Origin: Harriotta raleighana
Taxonomy: Eukaryota
Assembly (NCBI GenBank): GCA_050575255.1
Contig: JBNZDD010013721.1
Span: 6,330,548 to 6,394,547 of the forward strand
DNA length: 64,000 nucleotides
Direction: 5' to 3'
Shown here: positions 22,551 to 34,852 of the stretch, piece after piece
How positions within the stretch are numbered: the first letter of the stretch is position 1
Layout: every line of letters starts with the position of its first letter
Made by a program: the position numbers and the translations under genes
The notes under the pieces: model-generated
Databases searched by the model: none
The model's input: only the letters and a program-made list of their open reading frames with translations
Told to the model about the DNA's origin: nothing

Positions 22551-25500
22551 CTGAAAGAGAAAAGGCACAATAATAAGAACAAATAGCATTTACATAGCTC
22601 CTTCCACTTGAGAGAATGTCAGGCTAAAAATGTAATTAACCGTACTATTAACAAACATAGTGGCAGATATTGCACATCGCTTAAAATAGTTGTAAGCATT
22701 TGTGATTTCCCTACATTGGTGAAACTATTATGATGCTCTTGTTTTGTTAGTATTTTACCCTAAGAATTCTACAAAATTTGATATCATTTCACAAAAACAA
22801 TACAATTCCAAAATAAAAAATTTGTATGTCAACAAGAGGTTTAAAATTAAAAATACAATATCTTACATGGACATTCATGCAAAACATCACTTACTTGCAC
22901 TAATACATAATCTCCAGGTTTGACAGAAGCAAGCTGCCCAGGTGATTGGTTACATGCTATCTCAACATTGGGAAATATTACTTTAGTGTTACCATCATTC
23001 CTTCCGCAAAGTTCCTGCTTGGATTTCTTACTAAACTGGAAAAAAAAATAATGAATTGATATACAGTAGTTTATACTGCATCATATTGTACTGTATTTAA
23101 GAAAACAGTAAGAGCTTTGAGACATCTTCCCTACGTGAAAGGAACAATGTAAATGATTTTTTAAATTGTATTTTACATTAGATTCCATTGCTTAACAAAG
23201 ATGCATTGCTAAACTAAATCTATTATTTCAAAATCTAAGTTAAATTAGAAATTTGTGCTTGCTCCTTTTTATCGGTTCCAATTAAGGTTAGTGTTACATC
23301 AAACAAATGAATGTCATTTGGGTTTGAAAATTTGCCATTGTTTGCCATGGTCAACAACATCATGTACTCACTCACCCCTTCAACTAGCACGAGTTGCTCA
23401 CTTCCAATAAGCTCCGAGTTGAGTTTAACTGCTTCTTCTCGGAAAACACTGATAAGTTCTTGCAAACGCCTCTGCTTTACTGCAGCAGGTACATCGTCCT
23501 GTAATCTATGGTGTGCATGAGTTTTCTAGGAATAATAATAATCCTTGTATTTGATATAGCGCTTTTCACATCNATCCTGTAATCTATGGTGTGCATGAGT
23601 TTTCTAGGAATAATAATAATAATCCTTGTATTATTAGATATAGCGCTTTTCACATCTTATCGACATCTCAAAGCGCTTATATACAGAATATAGTGTAAAG
23701 TGAATTGACTGTATATTTGTGGGCGAAATGTAGTGTCCCACAAACAGTCTTGGATTGTAATGAACAATTTTTTTATTATGTGTTTATTTTTGGACGGATT
23801 ATTATTAGGCGTGTGTGTGGAGTAAGGAAATTTGACCAAGGTATCACCGTGATCTACCTGGAATTCAAACACAGGTCTCAGGCTTGTAAGACGAGCGCTC
23901 TAACCACTGAGCTACAGGAGCTCCACATTCTCTTCAGGACTCACATGGGACAATTGAATAATAAGTATTAATCATGACGTTCTTACAAAATGCTTTTTTT
24001 TAATTTTAAGATTTCTATACCTATCCGTTGACATCCCACACTAAGAGTCTCCCTGAATTATGTGCTTCAAAAAGTGCCAAACTATAAGTAATTTTGTGCT
24101 AAGATCTCTAAATGCTACTGATCTCCCTCATTATTCAACCGACAGGCTGTCACCAACAAAAGTTTCAAAACAATAAAAAGTGGTGCATCGATGTTCATTG
24201 ACAATTCATATACAATGCAGATTTTTTCCTCCAAAAAGAGATATTACATTAGCCAGTTAATAACTTGCAGCTTCTCTCACACTCCTTTTCTGAATAACAA
24301 GATAGTATTTACCGTTCTCTAGTTCTCAGATTTAGCTTGAATGTTTTAACAGATCTTCTAATAATGCTTCAATAGGGGCTGATATTTATTTTGACAATGA
24401 ACATCAATTTAGGCACAGGCAAATAAGCGGTCTGTAATATATAATGATTGTGTGACAAAAGGACCCAGTATTTTGCATTATTAATAGATTGCATAGCTCA
24501 CCTTTCTCATGCTGTAGGCAAAAAGAAATCCTATGTTGTATCGAACCAGTCTAAGAATAGATATTGTTTGCAAGTGATCATCTTCAGTCTCGCCACAAAA
24601 TCCAGCGATGAAGTCACTACTTAAGCATACACCTATGGTTTGTAACAGACAATTGTATATTACATGTAAGAAAGTGTGCATTACTATTTCTTAACCAGTT
24701 ACAAGCAAAGATCACATACATTTCCCTATTGTTCATAAATGTATGTCAGAAATGTAAATTCAAAAAATTAAGTAATATGAACAATGCAAAGTTGCTAAGA
24801 CACGTTAGTGCTGTTAAATAAATATGTCTGTCTATGCATCTCAGCATTGGCTACTCCCATCTTTTTGATTCTCAAAAGGATCTTAAAGAACACAATAAAA
24901 AATTTGCTGCCCAATTTATTAAAAGTACAAACATTATCATTACATTATAATGAACAACCCTTCTTCAACAATGTGAAAGAATATACAGTTTGGATGAGGA
25001 AGGACTAATGTCCTTCATTCAAAGAACCAGTAAACGTTCAAGGAAGCTGCACCAGAAGCCTGAACAGACAGAATCAAATTGGATGTTTAAAAAGGATCTA
25101 GCTCCTTTGGGTATAATACTGTTAAGAGGTATCGAGAAAAGTTGGAGAAATGGGATTAAATCTGACATGATCTCATAAAATAGCAGTATTAGTATTAAAG
25201 GGCTGAATAGCCTCCTCCTATGTTCTTAACTGAATCCTCCTGGTCTAAAACAGGAAATTATAAACCAGTGACAGTAGAAAGGCAAACATTCTTAAATGCC
25301 ATAGTGTTAATAAGGAACAAAAATAATGAACAAATGTTACCTGGGATTATTCTACGTACACGCTCAACAAGTTCTAAGTATGATTCTCTGGTATATCTGT
25401 GAGAACAAAAAGTAGAAAAATAAGGGACATAAGAAGCTTACTAACAAAGACAGGCAGTATCTAGGAAGGAAAATATATATTTTTGAAAACTCAAAATATT

Positions 25501-28500
25501 GCAGATGCTAGAACTGACTTCGGTTCTGACAAAATGTCATGGACCCAAAATATTAACTGACTTTTCCTTTCTCCAAGATGCTGCCTGACCTGCTGAGTGT
25601 CCCAAAGATTTCTGTTTTTGTTTTAGGAAAACATATTAGTTTGATGCTTTTTTTTGACGCAGAAACTCATTCACAGATTCCCCCATCTGTCACTGCTGAG
25701 CATCTTTTTAAACAAATATCAGGGCTAAAATGACAAGTCTGTGTAAGGATTCAAGAGGTAAAAAAAAATGTTTTCCGCAGAAAAAATTAAGAATGCATTC
25801 AATAAAAAATTCCTTTCCTTGGCCATTTTTTTTTAAATTTGAAAATTACTTAAAAAATGTATTAATTCCATTCAATGTAAATCACAGTAATCAAAGATAA
25901 TTTTTTGGGGGGATAAATGAGAACAAATTAAATAAATCGTCTACAAAAATACATAGGCACAACATTTCAGTTTACCCTGTGAAGCAATTTGAGATGTGCC
26001 CGATACATGAAAGCTGATGCATTAGAATTCTTATTAAATCACCGTAACATTGAAATTCCTAATTGCTTAATGAATATATTTGTATGTTAGCTCAATACAA
26101 TGCAACCATGCAGATTCATTAATCTGTGCTTCAGTTATATTAATTACATCCTAAATCCACTTATATGTCTGAAGTACATATAACATCTTCGGTACAGTTA
26201 ACCCTTGACGAATGTGACTTTATTGATTGCGAATTCAAGTATACACAACAAAACAAATGCATCTTTTTTCGTGCAGCGCGCGTAAAACTTGTGTATGGCT
26301 GGCTCCCGTGCGCATGCGCACGTGTGAGTACACCGACAGCTCCCGNCGTGCAGCGCGCGTAAAACTTGTGTATACGCGCTGGCTGGCTCCCGTGCGCATG
26401 CGCACGTGTGAGTACACCGACAGCTCCCGACTAAATCCGATGATTCCTCGGCTGGCTGGACCCGCACACATACGCACTTTCGACAATGCCGGCAGATCCT
26501 GACTAAAGCCGATGATTCCTCGGCTGGCTGGCCCCGCACTCAATGCATCCTTGGGTAATTCTTCGATAATGCTTTGGGCCTCAGAGTATCCTGATGGCAT
26601 TGCATGGTAAACAAAGAGACAGAAAGACTCTAGTAATGTAGCCTAGCTGTGGNTCAATGCATCCTTGGGTAACTCTTCGATAATGCTTTGGGCCTCAGAG
26701 CATCCTGATGGCATTGCATGGTAAACAAAGAGACAGAAAGACTCTAGTAATNACTCAATGCATCCTTGGGTAATTCTTCGATAATGCTTTGGGCCTCAGA
26801 GTATCCTGATGGCATTGCATGGTAAACAAAGAGACAGAAAGACTCTAGTAATGTAGCCTAGCTGTGGTTTTATTGCTTTACTGCTGTTATCGCTTTATGG
26901 TATTAGTAATAAAGCAATAACAAAGCCGGAGCCGGCCGCCTGCGGTTCTCTCCCCCCACGCCCACCCCCCCCAAGCGGCTCTCTGCCCTCCCCAGCGCCG
27001 CTCTCTGCTCCGCCCTCAACCCACCCCCAAATGGCTCTATGCAGCTTGAGGTGGATAGCCCGCGACTGGATTCCCCTAACCCCTTTTCCCATTGCTTGTT
27101 AAGCTTACCCAACGTGATTTTATTGAGTGTGCAGTTTTCCAGGAACATAACCCCTACAATCGTCGAGGGTTAACTGTAATATAATTAAGTGCATAAGTAC
27201 CCACTTTATTAAATAGAGTTCATCAACTTATAAATCAACATTTCTGTGAGTTGCATTCAGTGTTTCAAAAAAAACACATAAGGGTTATTAATGATGAGTT
27301 TCTTTTATAAATGGATAGTAATTCCGTTAAAACAATCAATCTACAAGTCAAAAATATAATACTGTGGAACTCCATTGACTGAAATCTGCTTACCCTCTTC
27401 TCATTGTTCTGAGAACCTGTGAGCTGCCACTCTGTACTGGTAAATGGAGGAGTTTGCAAATGTTGTCCCTGTCTTGGATAACATGTAAAACCTATGAGGA
27501 TAGAAATGAAAACAGGAAGTCCAGGCTTTAATTTTAAGGTTCATCATGGTATTTAATGTTAAATAATGCTCTTTATTAACTAGACATGGCGCTCTCAATA
27601 ATAAAAACTGCATCAATAAATGAAATATAATGCCAATTTTGACTTCATATTTAGTTTATTAACCTGTGAATGCTGGGTTCATCATTGTATCTAATGTTGA
27701 ATAATCCATCTAATTTATTTTTAAACAAATGTATTACTGGAAGCATAATATAAAATATTGCAAGCAAAGATATAAAAAGGTAGAGAAGCAATAAAAATAC
27801 GCAGATTTTATTACAATAATAATACATTTGATACATCGCTTCACATCTAAACCTGTTTGAGGATTGTTGGCCAGAACATCTGGAGAAACTCCTCTCTTTT
27901 TTCAAATAGTATCTCCACGAGTTATTTTATGCACATCTAATTAGACAGACAAGATCTGACCCAGAGGTGAGATTGCTACCAATTGAGCCCCCCGGCTGAT
28001 GGCGCCAATCTATCCAAACCATGTGTCACCCATTCTAATGTTATGCATTTAATTAAAATTGAGCATTTTGCAAACATTATGGGATTTTTCCTGGTTGTCA
28101 TTCTTATCTTTAAACTGACCACATCCCCTTGTTCTGCTTTATCTTTGAAAATGTCTTTGAAAATGTGAATTCAGAAGGCTAAATAGTCTCAAGTATTTAA
28201 CAAAGGTTTTCTGGATGTATTGTACTGTCCCATCAGGTTTCTATGAATTATCTGGAAATACATCAAAGAGAAAAGGTATATTCCTTAAAATGAAAACATG
28301 ATGATTATTACCGTACCTCATCTGGAAAATCTTTAGGATGAGGAGATGTAAAACGAATTCTCATCTCTGGATCGATCGTGGAAACCTGATCCAACAAATC
28401 AGCAAAACGTAAGCCTCCAAGTTTGCTTTTGTAAACGGTATGAAACCCACGGCTCAGATGAGTAGGTTCTTTTGTGTGAAATTGGACCTCAGAGGTATCA

Positions 28501-31500
28501 CAGTAACTGTTGACATTTTGCCCCAGTAATGTTACCTCTTTCACACCCTGTAATCAGAAGTACATGCCCATTTAATCAGATTTAACACACCATTCAGCAA
28601 ATAATCACTACTGCAAATTCCATCTTCACATATTTTCTTTCTGCTCTCACTAACTCCTTTAAAATGACCCTATTTTCCTTTCCACGTAATTGATTTACAT
28701 TTAAAGTCTTACAAGTTTTGAAGCGGTATCTCTAGGGTCCTTTCATCTAGTTTACATTTAGAAATGCACGATATTTCCTATTTTTATATTAAAAAGTCTC
28801 CTCCAACAAAATATTAAAAGGTAAGTTGTCCTCTATGAAAACCACTTTCTCAATTAATTCACATGAACAACAAAATTATATTTGTATGGTGCCTTTCACC
28901 CGGGAGGACGTCCCATGAATGAGGTTGATCTGACCAACTATGTTGATTGAATCCTATTTTCTGACAAATCATGTGTGTTTAAGATCCGAGGTTTAATAAC
29001 CAGAAGTATTCAAAAGTGGAATTACCTGATCCGACAGGACCCTGATTTCCTCTAAAATGGATGAAACTGGTCTGCTTCTTTCACGCCCACGAGTGAACGG
29101 AACAATACAATAGCTGCACATATTGTTGCATCCCCGCATTATGGAGCTGGGAGAGAAAGGTACATTTTTAGGTACAGCTAATTCAGTCTCTTTTTTCTGG
29201 ATGTTAAATATTAATTGCTCACAATTCTGCATATCCCAAGTTCTCCAGTAGTACCACAAAACATATATGTACTTTATTATGAATGTGCTCTGAATTCTTT
29301 TGAGTGCTATGACCCAAAATTGTAAGTTCATAATATCTTTTTTCAGTTGATGATTAAAAGAAAAGTATTTTTTGACCACAAGTAAATTAGCGAAGCAGTT
29401 ATGCAAGAACATTCTCAGGTATCATCTATGTTTAACTCAAAAGCAATATTTGTAAAGGGCTGTGAGTAAATAGCCTGCTAACACAGTTGGCAAAGGAATG
29501 TTGCAAAAGATGAAACAAAGAAAAGTATTATGTATTAAGCAATATTAGTAGTATGGGGAGAAGACAAAGAAGACTTCAATAGGCAAAGCCTTCAGCAACT
29601 TTGCTGCACACTCCTGAACTCTCTTCTGAAGTCCTTTTCTTCTAATCCGCATTCCAGTGATACCATCACTTCCGCCAGTGATACCATCGTTGACTATCTC
29701 CCTTCTAACCCTCTACCAGCTCTGGCTTTCACCTAATCTCTGATAAGCATTTTGAGACATTCTACTGGCGTGAAAGGGAAGTCAATATAAAAGTGAAAAT
29801 TTATTATTTCTTCCACCCATCAGTGCAGAGTAGTCAAATAAGATTATACTTACACAAAAGCAGATTTATTCTTTGTATTAACTTGAACTGGCATGACATC
29901 TGCATAAGTCTCATCCAATGACAATAAAACATTCACAGCCTTTTGACCAGCTTCAGCTACAGTCAGGAGTCTTGGAAGATCACGGTATGAATCCGGCCCA
30001 GCCAGTACATCTATGAGTTTCTCCCTTTCCAGGATCTCCTCTTTCAGTCTCTCAGCCATACATCCTATTTATTACATCAACAACAATATCAGACCCACGC
30101 GAGGTGGCTTATCACTTAAACTTAAAATAAGTTAATCATACAATTCAACATACATCCCTTCAATAACAAGGTTACTTTAATTGGAAATAGACTTAATATT
30201 AAATCTATAAAAGTATGTAAATGAATGTTAAATTGAACACATATATTCCTGATATATATATTTTTTTATGTACTTATTCATTCAACAGGCAAATTGATAG
30301 GTCTATATTTCACATACTGTTCAAGTCACTCAACTAAAACAAAATGTGGTGTTTTAAAAGTATTACTTTTTTTTAATATATCAATTCTGAACAGTCACTA
30401 TACCTAAAATTCCTATTTTAAGTGGAACCTGGGACTTTGGCCTTTTGTCTTTCAGAGTCACAAAGTGCTTCAGCCTGTTCCAAATGGTTTGCTCTGCTTT
30501 TTCCCTGCAAGTACAAACCATATAGTGAAATTAGCTTGTGAAGCATTATGGGCAAGATGCTTATTTTTATCAGTGTGCTGTTTTACTGCTATGTATTTTG
30601 CCTACAATGGAAAATTATTGAACAATTGTACTGCTGTACCATAACTGAAATATTGCTGATGATGGTACTTGTCTCTTTATTAATCTTGCTAGAAATATTC
30701 ATGTCTGTCTTATCCTTATCTAATGTTGTTGCTCAGTTTCGTAGGGTAATTAGGCAAAAGGGATGTGTAACCAGATGGTCTTCGTCTTTTCCTTATCTAA
30801 TAGCCTTGCTCATTTTGGTACTGTAATGAGGAAAAAAGTATGGGCAAACAGATGGCCTGTTAAGTAAGATGTAAGCCAAAGTCTGTGTTCATAGTTAGGT
30901 GGTCTTGTCCATATCTCATGTCAGTCATATAGAGAGGAAGTGTTCGAATGAGATTTGTTTGGTGAGAAGTAAAAACAAGAAAACGGTATCTGTTAGACAA
31001 ACCAGATGGTCTTGCATTTGAGAATTAAAGGAAAGGTTGAGAAATGTTTATGAAAAGGAAAGTCTACAATCACACTGTTTACAATGACTATATTTCCAGT
31101 TCTAATAAAATTATTGTCATTAACTTACACAAGAGGCTTACTAGGAAACGCATAGCATGTGTGGGGGCAGCTATGAGATATCTGCTCTTTAATACAAGTG
31201 AGTAATGTTAACTTTCAAAAAGAACAATTAGTAAGGAGAATGGAACTGAACATTCTAGTCAATACAAGAGGGAAACCGAAGGAATCAGAATATAGAAACA
31301 AATACCTGATTGAACATGTTACCAGTAAAATTACATCTGCCTGCAACACAAATAATAATATCAGACTGTTTGTTACAATTTTTTTTTTTTTTTTAAAAGT
31401 ACAAGAACCTCAAAGCAGTAATATATAAACTTAGAATCTATTCACAGAATTATAGAAAGTTTACTGCACTGAAAGAAGTAATTCTTTTATTTGTGTCTGC

Positions 31501-33781
31501 TCTGGTACTATCTCTTCTACTGGCAGAATTGGATCTACAATAACTTGCATTTATATAGCACCCTTTACACAGCATAGCGTCTTGGGAGTGTTTAACAATA
31601 GTGGAGACAGGAAGAAAGGGAAAGCGACAGATTAGGCAATCGAAGAGGAAGGTCTTCAAATGCGATCTGAAGACAGGAATAGGAGCAAGGCAGTGGAATT
31701 GGGCAGGGAAGGCAGGGAACTCTAGTTTTATGGCATAGTAGCTGAAAGCAAAAACGATGATGATGGAGCAGATGAGACAAGAGGTAGAGACCCACTACAG
31801 TTTAAAAATATATCTTGTGAATATGCTAGGTTGTGAGAAATACTAAATATGCATCCTAATTAAGTTTAGTGACAAAAATTAAAGTGAGCCAATTTTATAT
31901 CTTACCTCCGTGGAGCTATTTGTTCTTATGTAGCCATTATCTCGGAGAATGGACCATGCAATTTCAGTGTCGTTAACATTCATCTGACACCCATAGGTTT
32001 CGAAATACACTAAAAATGACAAGACATTTAATATAAGCACTGAAAACCCTTCAACAGCATTGTTAGAGTTAACATCTGTACATTTGCTTTCAAGGGAGAT
32101 AAACCAAATTTTGTACTTCTGTTTTGCCAATCAAATGAATTAAATTTGTTCTGAAACTTAGGAAGTCACCGATCTCACTTATTTTTAAGAAAGGCATATA
32201 ATTAATTGTCCACCCCATTTCTTGATTTTGTAGAAGTAGATATTTCAATTGAAAGGACCCATGAAAATACAAGTTTTTGTTGTCCACCCTTATTCATTGT
32301 TGTCCCTCTCCCTTGCCATCTGTCTGAAGACCTAGCTTTGATAACCTCCCTCCCTCTACAATAAAATAACTTTACCGTCACAGATGCCAGACTTCCTTCA
32401 GATGAGACATTAAGCAGACTTCATCTAGAAGTCAACCCAACGGATTAATCTGTGATCTTCTAACCATGAAGAAATGGAAGCTAGCACTTGGATTGCATTT
32501 GGTAGTTTGAGGTCCAGAATTAGAATGGCATTGTGGATCAGGTCAAGGCATTAGCATTTTTTCTTGACAAATAAATTCAATTAATTTGGGTGGGGAAGAG
32601 CTGAGAGGGGGCACATTCACACACCAATATAAGAAAGTCTGGGTAAATGTTAAATTCCAACAGTACAATTTCAGGGGGCCTGGCCAACACTCATCCCTTA
32701 ACTAAAACCACCGAAACAGATTAATTGTCATTCATTCCATTGCTATTTGTTTTGCTGCAAGCTTGGAGAAACCAGCCTTGTTTGGGTGGTGGGGGGGTCC
32801 ACATTCATAAAATTCACACGTGAAGGTATTTTACGACTTCCTACGTAAATGCAAGATGTTGTGGCCATTGCCTTTCCAGGGGGTAATAATCCCTTCAAAT
32901 AATTAAATCATAATTTGGTCACTCAATCCACGACTGAACCAATCCGGATTGCATTGCCAGAAAGGGTGGTGTAACAACTTTTAAGCGACACTTATTTGGG
33001 GAGGACAGATTTGCAGGGCTATGAGGAGAGAGAGCAGCAATGATCTGGATAGCTCTTTTCAAAGAACCGGCAGACCGAATGGGCCGAATCGTCTCTCTCT
33101 GGCTTTTTTTTCCGCGAGGTATAATTCTCCGGTTGTTTGTGGGACTCAAGCTGTACGCAGTCGGCTACCGCATTTCACCCACAGTGTCAAGTCATACAAT
33201 AATCCTTGCATTTGCTTATAGCGCTTTTCGCATCTTGTCGACGTCTCGAAGCGTTTTAATATAGAGCGCGGGACCGAGCAAGGGCTGTCAATTCACTTTA
33301 CAGTATATTCGGTTTGAGACACACACACACAGAGAGAGAGTAACCGAGCCAGGCTAACACACACCATACTTTAGGAGGCTGGTAACTGTGTGGTGGGGGG
33401 GGTGGAAAGGGACGCTGGTAACTGGGATGGGATGTGGTGGGGCATTTCGAGCTACATTGAGCTACAATGTCTGTCAAACCCTTGTGTGCGCGGACCTTTC
33501 CTGCTGCAGCCCAGGTCCGGCTCCAGGCGGCTGAGATATGGCGGGGGATCCTCGGGGCCTGAGGCCCAGTCTCTACCGTCCTCCTCCTCGGTTGCACGGC
33601 GAATAAAATGGCGGAGGTCGGGCCCGGTAGCCAGCTCGGGGCCGCTTCCCCTCGCGGGCGGCCGTGGAGGAGGGAGGGGAGCAGCCAGACTGCCGGCAGC
33701 CCTGAGGGTATTTCGGGAGAGGCTGCCATTGCTCCATCTCAACCGCCGCCACCACCGAGCGGCGGCTCGCGAGCAACGCAT
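22449..33781 (-). CDS. CDK5RAP1: CDK5RAP1, mitochondrial tRNA 2-methylthiotransferase (MiaB family, radical SAM); 13 coding exons, 588 aa
   Basis: Exon sizes 286,104,35,101,211,121,231,98,56,131,150,141,102 = 1767 nt, in frame. Motifs: [19 protein letters not shown], radical-SAM [31 protein letters not shown]-terminal TRAM domain. Arg-rich N-terminal presequence. Confidence 0.97.
22895..23035 (-). CDS. CDK5RAP1: CDK5RAP1 coding exon 12 (TRAM domain)
   Basis: [22 protein letters not shown]...[10 protein letters not shown]. Confidence 0.93.
23376..23525 (-). CDS. CDK5RAP1: CDK5RAP1 coding exon 11
   Basis: [50 protein letters not shown]. Confidence 0.94.
23530..23925 (-). mobile_element. tRNA/Deu/L2-tail SINE in CDK5RAP1 intron 10 (tail duplicated across N at 23573)
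   Basis: Collinear with the family consensus; tail abuts the exon 11 acceptor. Confidence 0.85.
24502..24632 (-). CDS. CDK5RAP1: CDK5RAP1 coding exon 10
   Basis: [44 protein letters not shown]. Confidence 0.95.
25341..25396 (-). CDS. CDK5RAP1: CDK5RAP1 coding exon 9
   Basis: [18 protein letters not shown]. Confidence 0.92.
25480..25625. mobile_element. Penelope-like fold-back remnant
   Basis: AGATGCTGCCTGACCTGCTGAGTGT motif shared with 34720-34852. Confidence 0.5.
26195..27176. mobile_element. Non-autonomous Tc1/mariner-superfamily (Tigger-like) element in CDK5RAP1 intron 8
   Basis: TA|CAGTTAACCCTTGACGAATGT ... ACAATCGTCGAGGGTTAACTG|TA; CpG-rich interior; internal duplications at N junctions. 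Confidence 0.8.
27394..27491 (-). CDS. CDK5RAP1: CDK5RAP1 coding exon 8
   Basis: [33 protein letters not shown]. Confidence 0.94.
28317..28547 (-). CDS. CDK5RAP1: CDK5RAP1 coding exon 7
   Basis: [15 protein letters not shown]...[16 protein letters not shown]. Confidence 0.96.
29026..29146 (-). CDS. CDK5RAP1: CDK5RAP1 coding exon 6 (radical-SAM CxxxCxxC)
   Basis: [40 protein letters not shown]. Confidence 0.96.
29854..30064 (-). CDS. CDK5RAP1: CDK5RAP1 coding exon 5
   Basis: [34 protein letters not shown]...SAFV. Confidence 0.95.
30404..30504 (-). CDS. CDK5RAP1: CDK5RAP1 coding exon 4
   Basis: [33 protein letters not shown]. Confidence 0.93.
30627..31050 (+). mobile_element. Second copy of the LTR-like repeat (CDK5RAP1 intron 3)
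   Basis: Shared blocks with 2124-2526; 3' end not resolved. Confidence 0.45.
31306..31340 (-). CDS. CDK5RAP1: CDK5RAP1 coding exon 3
   Basis: [12 protein letters not shown]; 35 nt. Confidence 0.93.
31538..31735 (-). mobile_element. L2 LINE 3' end
   Basis: Reverse complement of the L2 tail seen at 20085 and 47215. Confidence 0.6.
31906..32009 (-). CDS. CDK5RAP1: CDK5RAP1 coding exon 2
   Basis: [35 protein letters not shown]. Confidence 0.95.
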
Positions 33782-33960
33782 GGTCCTCGAGCCTTAAAGG
33801 AAAAGTGGCCCGCCCCTGAGGGCGGGAAGGGGGCGCGGCTGCGGCTTCTTAAAGGGCAGGTACACCGCCGTTCTCTGCGTCATCGGCAGACTCGCGCTGC
33901 TGGGTGCACGTGCTCTCGTGCTGAAGCCTCTCCGCCGCCATCTTTGTAAAGGAGTCATAA
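33480..33960 (-). promoter_or_regulatory. CpG island / housekeeping promoter of CDK5RAP1
   Basis: The only extended CpG-rich island outside repeats. GC boxes (GGGCGG ~33820), TGCGTCA (~33876), CACGTG (~33907), YY1-type AAGATGGCGGC on the - strand (33933-33945). Confidence 0.75.
33496..33781 (-). CDS. CDK5RAP1: CDK5RAP1 coding exon 1
   Basis: [15 protein letters not shown]...[11 protein letters not shown]...EDPPPYL...CSRK; weak donor G|GTCCGC, phase matches next exon. Confidence 0.85.
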
Positions 33961-34045
33961 AGAGGATAAGAGAATCAGAAGAATAATAATCCTTACATTT
34001 GATATAACCCACCTAATCACGTCTTCCAGACATTTCAAAGCGCTT

Positions 34046-34362
34046 CTGTAGCTCAGTGGTTAGAGCACTTGCCTTACAAGCATGAGACCTGTGTTTTGAA
34101 TCCAAGCAAATCAGGGCGAAACCTTGGGCAAGTTTCCTTACTTCACACACTTAATAATAATCCGTCCAAAGAAACACAATTAAAAAAAATTGTTTGTTTC
34201 AATCCACGACTGTTTGTGGGACACTGATGTGTACAATTGGCTGCCGTCTTTCAGCCCCAAAATGTACAGTCAGTTCACTTTACAGTAGGTTTTATGAAGC
34301 GTTTTGAGACGTTGATAAGATGTGAAAAGCACTATATCAAATGCAATGCTTATTATTATTAA
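34046..34362 (+). mobile_element. Full-length tRNA/Deu/L2-tail SINE
   Basis: A box TAGCTCAGTGG, B box-like TTTGAATCC, Deu-like core, (TTA)n tail. Confidence 0.85.
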
Positions 34363-34420
34363 TTATAACCAATCCCTTTGTGATGTGTGTGTGTCCAGTG
34401 CAGGGTATCTCCAACCAGAA

Positions 34421-34439
34421 TCGCCACTAGGTGGTGGTC
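34421..34439 (+). promoter_or_regulatory. Candidate CTCF-binding site
   Basis: TCGCCACTAGGTGGTGGTC closely fits the CTCF core consensus (GCCACYAGRKGGCR). Confidence 0.45.
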
Positions 34440-34719
34440 TCCGACATGATCAAAAAGACAAGGGGAAGGAGCATTAGAATTGCGTTGTTTTGAGAGATTT
34501 GAAAATGTAGCCAGAAGCATATAGAATTTCATAATTCGTCAACTAAAAATATAAACTTTAGTGCTTAAACTGCGGTACATATGACTCTTTTCTCTTGCGC
34601 GAGACACTACCTAATACTGATTGCAATTGTTTAGAGATCCCTGTTTATGTGAATGTGAATGTTATGGTAACAAAAAAAATTGTTGCTCTGTAACACTGCT
34701 CAAATAATCAGTGAAATAA

Positions 34720-34852
34720 TTGAGAAAGGAAAGTGAATTAACGTTTCAGGGTGCACGAAGGGTCAAGGACTCGAAACGTTGTCTCATTTTCCTTTCTCCA
34801 AAGATGCTGCCTGACCTGCTGAGTGTTCCCAGTGATTTCTGTTTCTGTTTCA
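34720..34852. mobile_element. Penelope-like fold-back element with hammerhead-like core
   Basis: Inverted arms GAGAAAGGAAAGTGA..AACGTTTC / GAAACGTT..TCATTTTCCTTTCTC, followed by AGATGCTGCCTGACCTGCTGAG. Confidence 0.55.

Noticed and set aside
23574-23610. Apparent partial duplicate of CDK5RAP1 exon 11
   Set aside because: Lies immediately beyond the N at 23573; same assembly artefact.
26540-26870. Three ~100-bp near-identical direct repeats resembling a tandem or CRISPR-like array
   Set aside because: Copies are separated by single N bases (26653, 26752) with no spacers; this is the signature of unmerged overlapping contig ends inside a MITE.
33298-34012. Cluster of overlapping 67-143 aa ORFs on both strands
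   Set aside because: Expected from stop-codon scarcity in the CpG island; only the 33781 frame matches CDK5RAP1.
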